Below, in pieces: positions 26,762-37,442 of a stretch of 64,000 nt of DNA (position 1 is the first letter of the stretch; each line of letters starts with the position of its first letter). The translations under genes and the position numbers were made by a program. The DNA is from Deltaproteobacteria bacterium. Lineage in GTDB: Bacteria > JAMCPX01. The stretch spans positions 1,010 to 65,009 of the forward strand of contig JAMCVD010000084.1 of NCBI GenBank assembly GCA_023381995.1, given 5' to 3'. The notes below the pieces were generated by a model. The model did no database searches, had not been told where the DNA came from, and was given only the letters and a program-made list of their open reading frames with translations.

Positions 26762-29401
26762 TCACTTCTGTTGGACTATCCTCACTATCTGCCCCACTGC
26801 ATCACTCAGCCTGTCCACTGCCGGGCCGCCTGCCTGTGCAAAGTCCTTCCTGCCCCCGCCGCTCCCGTTCACCATACCAGCGAGCTCCCTTATGATCTCC
26901 GAAGCGCTGTACCTGTCCGTAAGGTCCTTCGTAACAAAGACGACGATTGTGGCCTTCCCCTCTATAGTACTGCCGAGGGCACCGATGCCTGTTTTGAGCT
27001 TGTGCTTCAAAATATCGCACATGCCCCGCATGTCATCGATCGACACGCCTTCGAGTACCGCTCTTACGACCTTTATCCCCTCTACCTCGACGGCCCCGGA
27101 AAGGATGTCCTGCGACACGTCCTCCGATGGGTTTTTCCCATTGGCCTGCTTTGCCTCGAGCTCTTTTATCCTCTGCTTCAATCTACCGGCAGCCGCGAGC
27201 ACATCGTTTTCGGACGAGCCCAGGGCGGACGACAGCTCCTTGACGGACGACAGCCTCTCCCTCACAAATGCATAGGCAGCCTGTCCGGTCAATGCCTCTA
27301 TCCTCCTCACCCCGGCCGACACAGACGCCTCTCTCACTATCATAAAGAGCCCTATGTCCCCCGTACGCTTTATGTGCGTGCCCCCGCACAGCTCTTTGCT
27401 TATCTTGTCGATCGTGACGACCCTGACGATGTCCTTGTACTTCTCGTCGAACAGCGCCATGGCCCCCTCCCTGACTGCGTCCTCGAGGGACGAGAAATTG
27501 ATAACGACCTCGTGGTTCTCCCGTACCCACTGGTTTACAAGGGCCTCTACCTTCAGTAGTTCCTCTGCGGTAACGGCACGGCCAAGCGTAAAATCGAACC
27601 TTAGCCTTGAGGGGCCCACAGAAGAGCCGGCCTGGGCTATGTTCGGGCCTATGAGCGTACGCAGCGCCGTCTGGAGCAGGTGTGTCGCGGTATGGTGGAG
27701 CGCTGTCGACTGGCGCTTCTCCCTGTCGACGGCAAGCTCCGTATTCTGGCCTTTCGTAAAACGTCCCTTCTCTACCTTCCCGATATGCGCTATGACACCC
27801 TCTACCGGTCTGACGGTGTCCCTGACGAGGAACCTGCTCGGGCCCGCGGTTATCGTGCCCGTGTCCCCGATCTGGCCACCTGACTCAGCATAGAACGGCG
27901 TCTCTTTAAATACAAGGATGCCATCCTCGCCCTCGTCAAGCTCCTCCGCATGCCGGCCGTCCTTGATGATCCACTGTATGGGCGTCTTCAGCGACAGCCT
28001 CCTGTACCCGATAAACTCCGTCGGGCCTGCGGCCTGTAAAATCTGCTCGTACAACGATATGTCTTTTATCTCCATGGCCTTTCCGAACTTGCTTGCGTCC
28101 CTCGCCTTCTTCCTCTGCTCTTCCATTAGCACATTGAACCTGTCGTTATCAACAGTCATGCCGTTCTCTTTTGCGATGTCGGACAGTATATCGATAGGGA
28201 AGCCGTAGGTATCGTAGAGCTTGAACGCGAACGCACCGTCTATGCGCGTAGCGGCGGACGATCTCATAGTGCCGAGCCTCTCGTCGATAAAGGACAGTCC
28301 TCTCTCGAGCGTAAAGAGGAATCTGACTTCCTCTTCCTTGATCGTGGACTGGATGACCTTTTTATGCCTGCCGAGGTACGCGTACGTATCGCTGTACGGC
28401 CGTAGGACTGCCTCGACAGCGGTATGGAGCATGGGCTCCTTCATGCCGACCATGAACGCGTACCTCAGCGCACGCCTCAGGATCCTCCTCAGGACGTACC
28501 CCCGTTGCTCGTTCGACGGCAATACGCCGTCGCCTATGAGGAACACGGCCGCCCTGATGTGATCCGCCATCACCTTCAGCGCGGTGCCGGAAAAGGATGC
28601 CGGCTCGTACGCGACGTGCAGGATGCCCTCCAGCGACTCTATGATGCCCCGGAATATGTCTATGTCGTAGTTGCTCGTTGCGCCTGAGATCACCGCGCTT
28701 ATCCTCTCGAGCCCCATCCCGGTATCGATGCTCGGCTTCGGCAGCGGAACGAGCGTGCCGTCCTGCTGCTTATTGTACTGCATGAACACGAGGTTCCATA
28801 TCTCGAGGTACCTGTCGCATCCGCACCCCACACCGCACTCCGGGTCCTCGCATTTTACGGTATCCCCCTGATCGAAGATGATCTCGGAGCACGGGCCGCA
28901 CGGTCCGGCGTCGCCCATGGACCAGAAGTTGTCTCTCTCGTCCATCCTGACGATGCGCGCCGAGGGGACCCCGATGTCCCTGTTCCATATACGGTACGCC
29001 TCGTCGTCGTCCTTGAACGTCGTTATCCACAGCCTTTCCTGGGGCAGCCCGAACTCCTTGGTCAGGAGCTCCCATGCGAACCGTATAGCGTCTTTCTTGA
29101 AGTAATCGCCGAAAGAGAAATTGCCGAGCATCTCAAAAAAGGTATGGTGTCGTGCGGTGTACCCCACGTTCTCGAGGTCGTTGTGCTTCCCGCCCGCACG
29201 CACGCACTTCTGCGACGTGCACGCCCTCAGATAGTCAGCCTTCTCCTCTCCCGTAAAGATCCTCTTAAACTGGACCATGCCGGCATTGGTAAACAGCAGG
29301 GTGGGGTCGTTCTGGGGAACGAGGGAAGAGCTCGGGACAAGCCTGTGCCCCTGCGAAGCGAAGTATCTGAGGAAGGTGTCTCGGATCTCTTTGGTATTCA
29401 C
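26762..29401 (-). CDS. alaS: Alanine--tRNA ligase
   Basis: 879 aa. It has the class II core (NDPTLLFTNAGMVQFK), an editing domain with HTATHLL, and a C-terminal DHHA1 domain. Confidence 0.95.
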   Translation of the reverse strand: MNTKEIRDTFLRYFASQGHRLVPSSSLVPQNDPTLLFTNAGMVQFKRIFTGEEKADYLRACTSQKCVRAGGKHNDLENVGYTARHHTFFEMLGNFSFGDYFKKDAIRFAWELLTKEFGLPQERLWITTFKDDDEAYRIWNRDIGVPSARIVRMDERDNFWSMGDAGPCGPCSEIIFDQGDTVKCEDPECGVGCGCDRYLEIWNLVFMQYNKQQDGTLVPLPKPSIDTGMGLERISAVISGATSNYDIDIFRGIIESLEGILHVAYEPASFSGTALKVMADHIRAAVFLIGDGVLPSNEQRGYVLRRILRRALRYAFMVGMKEPMLHTAVEAVLRPYSDTYAYLGRHKKVIQSTIKEEEVRFLFTLERGLSFIDERLGTMRSSAATRIDGAFAFKLYDTYGFPIDILSDIAKENGMTVDNDRFNVLMEEQRKKARDASKFGKAMEIKDISLYEQILQAAGPTEFIGYRRLSLKTPIQWIIKDGRHAEELDEGEDGILVFKETPFYAESGGQIGDTGTITAGPSRFLVRDTVRPVEGVIAHIGKVEKGRFTKGQNTELAVDREKRQSTALHHTATHLLQTALRTLIGPNIAQAGSSVGPSRLRFDFTLGRAVTAEELLKVEALVNQWVRENHEVVINFSSLEDAVREGAMALFDEKYKDIVRVVTIDKISKELCGGTHIKRTGDIGLFMIVREASVSAGVRRIEALTGQAAYAFVRERLSSVKELSSALGSSENDVLAAAGRLKQRIKELEAKQANGKNPSEDVSQDILSGAVEVEGIKVVRAVLEGVSIDDMRGMCDILKHKLKTGIGALGSTIEGKATIVVFVTKDLTDRYSASEIIRELAGMVNGSGGGRKDFAQAGGPAVDRLSDAVGQIVRIVQQK

Positions 29402-29404
29402 CGA

Positions 29405-30556
29405 TCAAAACTTCTCTATCTTGAAGTCCTCTTCTTTGGCAGAACCGGACTTTTTATCGAAATCCTCCCAAGTCATGTCCGAGCTCGAGGTAATGCCCTT
29501 TACCCTCAGGGCAAAGTCGTCCGGGTTTGTCGACTGCTTCAGCGCCTCTTCGTACGTAATGAGGTTCTGCCTGAAGAGCTGGAGCAGAGACTGGTCGAAG
29601 GTCTGCATGCCGTAGGTCGTAAACCCCTTCGCTATCGTATCGATTATCTCCATGGTCCTCTCCTCATCGGCGATAAGTTCCTTTATCCTCGCGGTCGCTA
29701 TCATGACCTCGATTGCCGGGACCCTGCCCTTGTTGTCCGCCTTCGGCACAAGCCTCTGGGATATGACGGCCTTCAGTATGGAGGAGAGCTGGAGCCTCAC
29801 GGCCTTCTGCTGGTACGGGGGGAATATGGAGATGATCCTGTTTATCGTCTCCTTTGCGTCGAGGGTGTGCAGGGTACTGAAAACGAGGTGTCCCGTCTCT
29901 GCAGCGGTTATGGCCGTCTCGATCGTCTCGAAGTCCCTCATCTCTCCGACGAGTATCACGTCCGGGTCCTCCCTGAGGGCGCTTCTGAGGGCCGTTGCAA
30001 AGCCCTGCGTGTCCACACCGAGCTCGCGCTGGTTCACGATGCTCCTCTTGTCCCTGAGCAGGTACTCGATGGGGTCCTCTATGGTTATAATATGACACGT
30101 TCTGCTACCGTTTATGTAGTCTATCATAGAGGCGAGGGATGTCGATTTCCCGCTCCCGGTCGTCCCGGTGACCAGCACGAGCCCCCTCTGCTCCATCGCT
30201 ATCTTCTCGATGACCTTCGGCAGGTTCAACTGCTCGAAGGAAGGCACCCCGAAGGGAATGACCCTGAACACGCTCCCTATCGTGCCCCGCTGCTGAAACA
30301 CGTTGACCCTGAACCTGCCGAGGCCCGGGACGCCGTAGGCCATGTCCAGCTCGTATGTCGTCTTGAACTTTTCGCGCTGTATCGGCGTCATGATGCCGAA
30401 CGTCATCTTCCCGAGGTCCTCTGGTGCGAGCCTCGGCGCCTCCTTGTACGGCACGAGGGAGCCGTTTATCCTGAATATGGGCGGCAGCCCCGCCTTCAGG
30501 TGTATGTCCGATGCATTCGCCTTGATCGCAATCTTCAGGATGTCGTTCAGTTCCAT
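29405..30556 (-). CDS. pilT: Type IV pilus retraction ATPase PilT (PilT/PilU family) with acidic C-terminal extension
   Basis: 383 aa. It has the Walker A motif GTTGSGKST, IITIEDPIE, and an AIRNLIRE-like region (TARIKELIADE). Similarity to PilT as I remember it runs almost the full length. Confidence 0.85.
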   Translation of the reverse strand: MELNDILKIAIKANASDIHLKAGLPPIFRINGSLVPYKEAPRLAPEDLGKMTFGIMTPIQREKFKTTYELDMAYGVPGLGRFRVNVFQQRGTIGSVFRVIPFGVPSFEQLNLPKVIEKIAMEQRGLVLVTGTTGSGKSTSLASMIDYINGSRTCHIITIEDPIEYLLRDKRSIVNQRELGVDTQGFATALRSALREDPDVILVGEMRDFETIETAITAAETGHLVFSTLHTLDAKETINRIISIFPPYQQKAVRLQLSSILKAVISQRLVPKADNKGRVPAIEVMIATARIKELIADEERTMEIIDTIAKGFTTYGMQTFDQSLLQLFRQNLITYEEALKQSTNPDDFALRVKGITSSSDMTWEDFDKKSGSAKEEDFKIEKF

Positions 30557-31600
30557 CTATGCCTTCTCCTGTTCCTTTTTTTGTCCCTTTTCGCCCTTCG
30601 TGAGGCCGAAGTGCTGTCGTATCTTTTCTTCTATCCTGGAGGATAACTCGGGGTGCTCTTTCAAAAACAGCCTTGTGTTGTCCCTTCCCTGTCCTATGCG
30701 CTCGTTGTTGAACGTGTACCATGCCCCGCTCTTATCTATTGCCTTGATCTCCGCTCCGATGTCAATGATCTCGCCGATCCTCGATATACCCTCGCCGTAG
30801 TATATGTCGAACTCGCTCTCCCTGAAGGGCGGAGCGACCTTGTTCTTGACGATCTTCACTTTGGTCCTCGTGCCTATGATAGAATCGCCCTCCTTGATGT
30901 TGTTGACGCGCCGTATATCCACCCTCACGGACGCATAGAACTTCAGGGCATTGCCCCCGGTCGTCGTTTCCGGGTTGCCGAAAAACACGCCGATCTTCAT
31001 CCTTATCTGGTTGGTGAATACGACGGTCGTCTGCGTCTTGCTGATATTCGCCGTGAGCTTGCGTAGGGCCTGCGACATCAGGCGTGCCTGTGCGCCCATC
31101 TGGGCGTCACCCATCTCCCCCTCCAGCTCGGCCTTGGGCACGAGCGCGGCGACAGAGTCTATCACGACGATGTCTATGGCGCCGCTGCGCACAAGCGTGT
31201 CCGTTATCTCGAGCGCTTGTTCCCCGGAATCCGGCTGGGACACGAGCAGCTCGTCTATGTTGACCCCCAGCTTTTTCGCGTAGTTTATATCGAGGGCATG
31301 CTCCGCGTCTATGAATGCCGCAATACCGCCGGCCCTCTGCGCCTCGGCAATGATGTGCAGCGTGAGGGTCGTCTTGCCCGACGACTCCGGGCCGAAGATC
31401 TCCACGACCCTGCCCTTCGGAATACCGCCAACGCCCAGGGCCACATCAAGCCCCAGCGAGCCGGTCGGTATAACAGGCGTATCGACGATCGCTCCCATCG
31501 TACCGAGCTTCATGATACTGCCTTTCCCGAACTGCTTTTCGATATTCAGAAGGGCCATGTCAAGGGCTTTCTTCTTACTCTGGGTATCGATAACCGTCAT
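30557..31600 (-). CDS. recA: Recombinase RecA
   Basis: 347 aa, [28 protein letters not shown], canonical RecA. Confidence 0.95.
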   Translation of the reverse strand: MTVIDTQSKKKALDMALLNIEKQFGKGSIMKLGTMGAIVDTPVIPTGSLGLDVALGVGGIPKGRVVEIFGPESSGKTTLTLHIIAEAQRAGGIAAFIDAEHALDINYAKKLGVNIDELLVSQPDSGEQALEITDTLVRSGAIDIVVIDSVAALVPKAELEGEMGDAQMGAQARLMSQALRKLTANISKTQTTVVFTNQIRMKIGVFFGNPETTTGGNALKFYASVRVDIRRVNNIKEGDSIIGTRTKVKIVKNKVAPPFRESEFDIYYGEGISRIGEIIDIGAEIKAIDKSGAWYTFNNERIGQGRDNTRLFLKEHPELSSRIEEKIRQHFGLTKGEKGQKKEQEKA

Positions 31601-32217
31601 AATGCCTCCTTTCTAAGGGCCCCCTCATGTAACGAGCGGTAGACTGCGCCCCCTGGCCCCAGTATACTTTGAAACAGCACCACCCTGTCAACAAGAGAAG
31701 TGCTTATGGTTTTATCATCCCACAACTCCCTGGCTATTTCAAGCGGTCCATACCCGCTGGCCGGCGCTGCGCGTGCAGTGCCCCTGACCCTGCCGATCGT
31801 TATGTGTGCGGAAAACGGCCTGTCCTCCCGGTTGATGTCGCCGATAGACTCCTCTACCCTCCCGGCAAGCGCCCCGACCTGCCCGGCCTGTCGTATGCCT
31901 ACCCACAGGACCCTCGGCCTCTCAGCGGACGGGAACGCACCTATGCCGCAAAGGTCCATCCTGAAGGAGCGCATGTCTTTCAGCGCATCCAGTGCCCCCT
32001 TTGCACGCAGGACATCGCGCTCGTCGATACTGCCGAGGAACTTTAGCGTAAGATGGATGCCATCCCTGCCGACCCACGTAATGCCGCCCTCCTTCCCTGC
32101 GCTGTTTCTGGCAGCGCCCTTGCCGAGGCCCCAGGAAGCCCTCAATGCGTCTATGACCTCGATTACCGCGGATCTCGCCGCATCTTCCAGAGGTATTGCG
32201 ATAAACGCCCTTATCAT
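31597..32217 (-). CDS. thpR: RNA 2',3'-cyclic phosphodiesterase (2H family, LigT/ThpR)
   Basis: 206 aa with two H-x-T/S-x motifs (HLTLKF and HITIGR). Confidence 0.75.
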   Translation of the reverse strand: MIRAFIAIPLEDAARSAVIEVIDALRASWGLGKGAARNSAGKEGGITWVGRDGIHLTLKFLGSIDERDVLRAKGALDALKDMRSFRMDLCGIGAFPSAERPRVLWVGIRQAGQVGALAGRVEESIGDINREDRPFSAHITIGRVRGTARAAPASGYGPLEIARELWDDKTISTSLVDRVVLFQSILGPGGAVYRSLHEGALRKEAL

Positions 32218-32693
32218 GGTCGTACCAACAGATATAAAAAGATCAGTACGTGTGTCGTGACATTCGCAAAGATGCCCGCTATCACGTCGTCGAGCATCAC
32301 GCCAAGGCCGCCGTGGACATTCCTGTCCACATAGGATGCGGGATAGGGCTTGACGATATCGAACGCCCTGAAACAGAGAAACCCGATCAGGAGGCCTGTG
32401 AGGTCCGGGCGAATGAAAAGCATCGTGCCATACATGCCCACCACCTCGTCTATCACTATCCTACTGCTATCCTGCTCCCCGAGTATCTTCTCTGCCCTGC
32501 CAGCCGCGTACGTGCCGGCGAGGAGCATGACACCGAAGAGCGCCAGCGATTGATACACGCCCAGACACATTGACGCTGCCCAATAGAGCGCAGCGCCCAC
32601 TATGCTCCCGAACGTGCCGGGGGCTAAAGGCACGTACCCCACGAACATGCCGGTGGCAAAAAACAAAATAACAGCATTGTATGTCTTTTTCAT
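32214..32693 (-). CDS. pgpA: Phosphatidylglycerophosphatase A
   Basis: 159 aa. It has the PGTFGS motif and a membrane-associated PgpA fold. It overlaps thpR by 4 nt. Confidence 0.75.
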   Translation of the reverse strand: MKKTYNAVILFFATGMFVGYVPLAPGTFGSIVGAALYWAASMCLGVYQSLALFGVMLLAGTYAAGRAEKILGEQDSSRIVIDEVVGMYGTMLFIRPDLTGLLIGFLCFRAFDIVKPYPASYVDRNVHGGLGVMLDDVIAGIFANVTTHVLIFLYLLVRP

Positions 32694-32947
32694 ACTGTAC
32701 AGGCCCTCTTGCCTTTATACGAATATAGCATATATTAAAAGCCGGCGCAACTCCCTATCAAATGCAGTGGTCCCATTCATACCAAATCCGGCCCCCTGAA
32801 GGAACACAATCTTCCCGGCCCATGTCCCAAAAGCGAAGTGGGGGACGTTCCGCAGACCGCCCTCCACGGACCTACGACGCTTCCATGGCCGTCCCTGCCA
32901 TTTCCGTTTGCAGAAAGAGATACTATATTTACCATAGAGCGGCAGTC

Positions 32948-33547
32948 ATGCTACGAGCCTTACACAAGAAGATTGCGGGCCTTCTGGCGGGCAAGACGCA
33001 AAAGACAGAGAACCCGCAGAAAGTACGGGAAACAGGCGTGGTACTTACCATCGGGCACTCGACGAGGGATCTGAAAGATTTCATCGGCCTTCTGCAGTCG
33101 AGCGGGGTAAAAAGGCTGTTCGATGTGAGGACGGTTCCGCACTCGCGACATAACCCGCAATTCAACAAGGACACCCTCTCCGGGGACCTGGCCCGGGCAG
33201 GCATAGAGTACGAACACCTGCGGGATCTGGGCGGGTTGCGCCGCTCAGGCCCGGAATCCGTCAACACTGCATGGCGCAACGCATCTTTTCGTGGGTTTGC
33301 GGACTATATGCAGACGGAGTCGTTTGAAAAGGCGCTGGAAGGACTGATCAAAAAGGCATCAAGGGACCCATCGGCAATCATGTGTGCCGAAGCCGTCCCT
33401 TGGCAATGCCACCGTTCCCTTATCGCCGACGCGCTCGTCGTACGGGGGATCAAGGTAGAGCATATAACAGGCAAGGGCCGGCGTATACCCCATGCCATAA
33501 CGACGTTTGCGCGCGTACGGGGCGACAACATTACCTACCCGGGATAA
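32948..33547 (+). CDS. DUF488 family protein
   Basis: The internal ATG at 32948 is used. Motifs TIGHS, FDVRTVPHSRHNPQFNKDTL, GIEYEHLRDLGG and WQCHRSLIADAL fit DUF488. The track ORF carries a 62-codon upstream extension. Confidence 0.55.
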   Translation: MLRALHKKIAGLLAGKTQKTENPQKVRETGVVLTIGHSTRDLKDFIGLLQSSGVKRLFDVRTVPHSRHNPQFNKDTLSGDLARAGIEYEHLRDLGGLRRSGPESVNTAWRNASFRGFADYMQTESFEKALEGLIKKASRDPSAIMCAEAVPWQCHRSLIADALVVRGIKVEHITGKGRRIPHAITTFARVRGDNITYPG

Positions 33548-33604
33548 CGATCGACCGGGGCGGGGAGCACGTTTGCGATCAACCCGAAAAATGCATTTTT
33601 CGGG

Positions 33605-34006
33605 TCAATCATAGATAGAGATCATCACACTCTCCAGATACTCGATGATGTCGGACTCGTTCTCTCTTCTGGCCAGCTCTGCAGCGTCCAGACCCGCATT
33701 GTTCCTGACGTCGGTCTTGGCCCCTGCCTCTACGAGGTCCCTCACCTTGTTCAGAAAGTTATTCTTTATGGCAAGGTGCAAAGGGGTATCGCCTTCCCTG
33801 TTCCGGGCGTTCATGCACCTTGCTTCCGAGCACTCTGCCATGGACAACACCTTCTTGAAATCATCGTAGCTTCTCAGGACAGCCAGGTGTAGTACGGTGT
33901 TCCCGTCTTCGTCTTTATAGGACAATGGCATTTTTTCTATGGAGTCCCTGTTTATCTCTCTCATGACGGCCCTCACGCTTAAATATATACTCCCTCGCCT
34001 CCACAA
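33605..34006 (-). CDS. Ankyrin-repeat protein
   Basis: It has ANK repeats (DEDGNTVLHLAVL...; EGDTPLHLAIKNNFLNKVRDLVEAGAKTDVRNNAGL). The start is uncertain, with candidate Met codons at 34006, 33964 and 33931. The gene looks AT-richer than its neighbours. Confidence 0.6.
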   Translation of the reverse strand: MWRRGSIYLSVRAVMREINRDSIEKMPLSYKDEDGNTVLHLAVLRSYDDFKKVLSMAECSEARCMNARNREGDTPLHLAIKNNFLNKVRDLVEAGAKTDVRNNAGLDAAELARRENESDIIEYLESVMISIYD

Positions 34007-34192
34007 TCAACTCCATGTGCGGATCTACCCGAGCGCGAAATGACCTTTTGCCCCCTGTTCCTCCGCATCAAAAGGGAACCTCGATAGGCGATGACTCGGG
34101 CCCGGGCCAAAATTTTGCAAAACGGGCGTTCCTTATGTACTTGACAAATTGCTGCGCTTACGGGAAATAAAAAACAACCAGAGGGAGGGATT

Positions 34193-34642
34193 ATGCTAAG
34201 GGAAAGGGCTATTTTATTGGCCGTCGTATCGCTACTCATGGCTGCGCGTGGGTTGGATTGCCATAAATCGAATGGTCTGGATATGGTCGTAAATGCAGTG
34301 CCGGGACTATGGCAGATGACGGCCAGAGAGGGAATGAAGGGCATGCCCACTACCTGGCAAACGAAGACATTAACGCACTGTGTTACCGACAAGGACCTTC
34401 AAAAAGGCATGGATCAATGGGTTCTCACCTTGGAAGGCTGCGAAAACAGGGGCTATGCCGTAGCAGGCAATACCGTTAACTGGCAGTTGAAGTGCACGGG
34501 CGAATACGCAGGCAGCGGCACAGGGGAAGCCGACTTTGAGGGTGACACCTATGAAAGCAGCGCTTCAGTACAGATCATCTATGACGGACATCCGACTTTC
34601 CAGATTGATATCCAAGGCAAGCGCATAGGCAACTGTCCGTGA
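34193..34642 (+). CDS. Secreted hypothetical protein, possibly DUF3617-like
   Basis: 149 aa. It has a signal peptide MLRERAILLAVVSLLMAARG, and PGLWQMT begins the mature part, which I recall as characteristic of DUF3617. GGGAGGG precedes the ATG. Confidence 0.4.
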   Translation: MLRERAILLAVVSLLMAARGLDCHKSNGLDMVVNAVPGLWQMTAREGMKGMPTTWQTKTLTHCVTDKDLQKGMDQWVLTLEGCENRGYAVAGNTVNWQLKCTGEYAGSGTGEADFEGDTYESSASVQIIYDGHPTFQIDIQGKRIGNCP

Positions 34643-34945
34643 GCAGGTACGCCGACGGCCCATGCCGTATCAAGACCCCAGAACGGCAAGATTGCTTATG
34701 CCGAACCATACAAAGTATGCCGAGAACCCCGCGAATATAACCACGCTTGTAACGGCAACCGCCCAGAAGCCCTTCGACGACATGAGCTTCTTCATGAAGC
34801 CGAAGGACAGGGCAACCGTGCTGTACCATACAAGGTTCGCAAACGCTATTATTGCATTTATCGGGTTGATGGCACTTATGCTGCAAAAATCAAAACAAAA
34901 ATTCCGTTTGAACTATTTGTATTCCATGGTAGAGACTATCGGCAT

Positions 34946-36055
34946 ATGCAGTCGGGAAAAAGCCCATTCACCCGCCCCACGAGGCCGGGCCAATCTTCCG
35001 GAGAGAAGAGATTGAGAATCGGTCTGGAGATATCCTCTCTCGCATTCCCTCTGTCCGGCATACAGGTCTACATAAACAACGTCGTCCGCTCTTTACTCAG
35101 GACGGACACGGCAAACCAGTACTTCCTCACGACCAAGCTGAAACAGTATCTCAGACTCAGGGCATACGGAGCGTCGCCGTCCTGGCCAAGACACTTCGAC
35201 GTCTTCCACGGGTTCGACGGCTTCTTGCCCCGGCTCGTCCGTGCGGGACTGAAGTCCGCCATCGTCCACGATGTGCTGTACCTGAAGAACAGGGACTACC
35301 ATACGGAAGAACAGCGCAAGAGGCTGCTGAAAAAACTGGACAGCTTGATCCGGAGGGCCGACATCATCATATCGCCGTCGCTGGCAACGAAAGATGACCT
35401 GTCGGACATGTTCCCTCCGGAGAGAATCTTCGTCGTCCCGGAAGGCTGTTCGGAGGCGTTCAGGCCTATGCCGGAAGCCGCGGTCAAAAGCTTCAGACAA
35501 GGCCTGGGGGCGGGCAGGTACATGCTTTTCGTCGGCGTATTCCAGCGTCGGAAAAACATAGAGAGGCTGCTGGACGCATTCAGGATAATCAAAAAAGAAT
35601 CGCCCGACCTGAAGCTCGTCATGGTAACGAGCTATTTCGGCTACGGGAGCAGGGAGGTGATGCAAAAGATCTCGGAGATGAAGGACGACATCCTATTGAA
35701 GGTGGGGGTGGAGCAGGAGGAGCTGATATCCCTGTACAACGGGGCAGAGGTCTTTCTGTTCCCGAGTCTGGCCGAGGGCTTCGGCCTGCCGGTCCTGGAA
35801 GCCATGGCGTGCGGTACGCCCGTCGTCACCTCCAGGCTTTCGGCCATGCCGGAAACCGGCGGCGACGCGGTGGCTTACTGCGACCCCTACGATGCAGGGG
35901 ACATCGCGGCCACGGCATTGGACGTCCTGAACAACGATTCCAGAAGGCGGGATCTCAGGCGGCTCGGTATGTGCCGCGCCGCAGCGTTCAGTTGGACAGA
36001 GAGCGCCAAAAAGCTCCTGAGCGTATGGGAAGAAAGCCTCGCCATGCCCCGGTAG
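34946..36055 (+). CDS. Glycosyltransferase family 4 (GT-B)
   Basis: It has the C-terminal motif EGFGLPVLEAMACGTPVVTS and the LFVGVFQRRKNIERLL region. The true start may be TTG at 35012, preceded by GGAGAG and giving LRIGLEISS..., rather than the ATG at 34946. Confidence 0.75.
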   Translation: MQSGKSPFTRPTRPGQSSGEKRLRIGLEISSLAFPLSGIQVYINNVVRSLLRTDTANQYFLTTKLKQYLRLRAYGASPSWPRHFDVFHGFDGFLPRLVRAGLKSAIVHDVLYLKNRDYHTEEQRKRLLKKLDSLIRRADIIISPSLATKDDLSDMFPPERIFVVPEGCSEAFRPMPEAAVKSFRQGLGAGRYMLFVGVFQRRKNIERLLDAFRIIKKESPDLKLVMVTSYFGYGSREVMQKISEMKDDILLKVGVEQEELISLYNGAEVFLFPSLAEGFGLPVLEAMACGTPVVTSRLSAMPETGGDAVAYCDPYDAGDIAATALDVLNNDSRRRDLRRLGMCRAAAFSWTESAKKLLSVWEESLAMPR

Positions 36056-36313
36056 CGGGGGGCACAGCACGTGGGCGAACTGACGTACGCGTGACACGCA
36101 TTGCCGTCACCCACAGGGCCGGACGTATGAAGAGGTAGTTCTGTTGTACGTTTATATGCACAAACCAACATTATACTTTTTGCTGATATTCGAAGAATAC
36201 CTCTCGCCGAGGCACAGGCTTATCACTCATTACACAAACTTCCGTACCTTGCAAATGTGTTTTTCTGGACAACAGCGGCGGTCCTGAAGGCTCCGCCCGA
36301 CAAGCCCCCCGTT

Positions 36314-37333
36314 TCAACTCGCGCTGTAATAGAGCAGCCCCTCCCTCTCAAAGGACCTCACCATGTCATGCCGCTCGAGCAGGTCGAGGTGCCCTATCAC
36401 CTCCGACACGGCAAGGAACATATCGCGCCTGTGCAGCTTTTTGAAAAGGTCCCCCATGATCCCGTACGGCGTCATGGGGCTTTGCTTCAGTATATTGTGG
36501 ATCCGCATCATGCGCTTGTAGTGGAAGTTAAACAGGCTCTTTATGTGCGGTCTGTGATCGTGTATGATCTCGTAATGTCCCGGATACACGGCCCTGAGGT
36601 CCATGTTGTAGAGCATAAAAATAGAGTCCATGTACTCGACGAGGCTCTTCCTCCGATCGCCGTTCTGATAAAGCTCGAGCAGTGGATTCGGAGAGAGCCT
36701 CGAGAGGAGTGTGTCACCCGAGAGCATGAAGTTCTTTTCCCTGTCGTACAGGCATACCGAGCCCGCGGTATGTCCCGGAGTATGGATGACCTCCAGGCTG
36801 CCCCCGTCGTATCGGACAGACATGCCCGGACCGATGAACGACACGATGTCCGGCCTCTGGGCAAAGCTGTCAAAAAATTGCGACGCGTACTTCATCATCT
36901 CGAGCACGCTGTCCGGCAGTCCATACCGCTTCAACTGGGACCCGTACAGCAACTCGTCGTATGCATTCCCTAGGTTCCCGAGCTCCCTTTCATGGACATA
37001 GACCTTGTCGGCCACACCGTCCTTTACAAGCCTGTCTGCAGCACCAAAATGGTCTATGTGCCCGTGCGTCAAATAGATCGCATCGAGATGCCTGACGCCG
37101 CCTGCGCGCAGGCCCTCGAGCAGCATGTCGTAAGAGTCCTGGCTGCTCGTCCCAGTATCTACGAGTATAAAACTGTCCCTCCCCAGTACGTATACATTGA
37201 CGTGCTGTACCTGCGGGAACGGGAGGGGGAGTACGATCCTCCTCACAAGCCCGCCTTCGAATACCGCACCGTCCCTCGCCGTTCCCTCGTAAGTGCCCTG
37301 AACCTGGTTTACAGGTATTGTATCGTTTTCCAT
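36314..37333 (-). CDS. MBL-fold metallo-hydrolase
   Basis: 339 aa. It has the YLTHGHIDH metal-binding motif, an Asp-rich beta-lactamase fold and a C-terminal helical extension. Confidence 0.75.
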   Translation of the reverse strand: MENDTIPVNQVQGTYEGTARDGAVFEGGLVRRIVLPLPFPQVQHVNVYVLGRDSFILVDTGTSSQDSYDMLLEGLRAGGVRHLDAIYLTHGHIDHFGAADRLVKDGVADKVYVHERELGNLGNAYDELLYGSQLKRYGLPDSVLEMMKYASQFFDSFAQRPDIVSFIGPGMSVRYDGGSLEVIHTPGHTAGSVCLYDREKNFMLSGDTLLSRLSPNPLLELYQNGDRRKSLVEYMDSIFMLYNMDLRAVYPGHYEIIHDHRPHIKSLFNFHYKRMMRIHNILKQSPMTPYGIMGDLFKKLHRRDMFLAVSEVIGHLDLLERHDMVRSFEREGLLYYSAS

Positions 37334-37442
37334 GTGTGTACCGTATTCTTAATGATAATCATTTATCCGTGTTTTTCATACCAATAGGGAAGGGCGAGGG
37401 ACGGTGCGGTATTCTCCCTGAAACCTCCTGTCGTAAAGCCTG

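Noticed and set aside
29144-30646. 500-aa plus-strand ORF spanning alaS/pilT antisense, and 30105..30722 (-) overlapping pilT/recA
   Set aside because: They cut across two or three well-supported genes and their junctions. They are high-GC artefacts.
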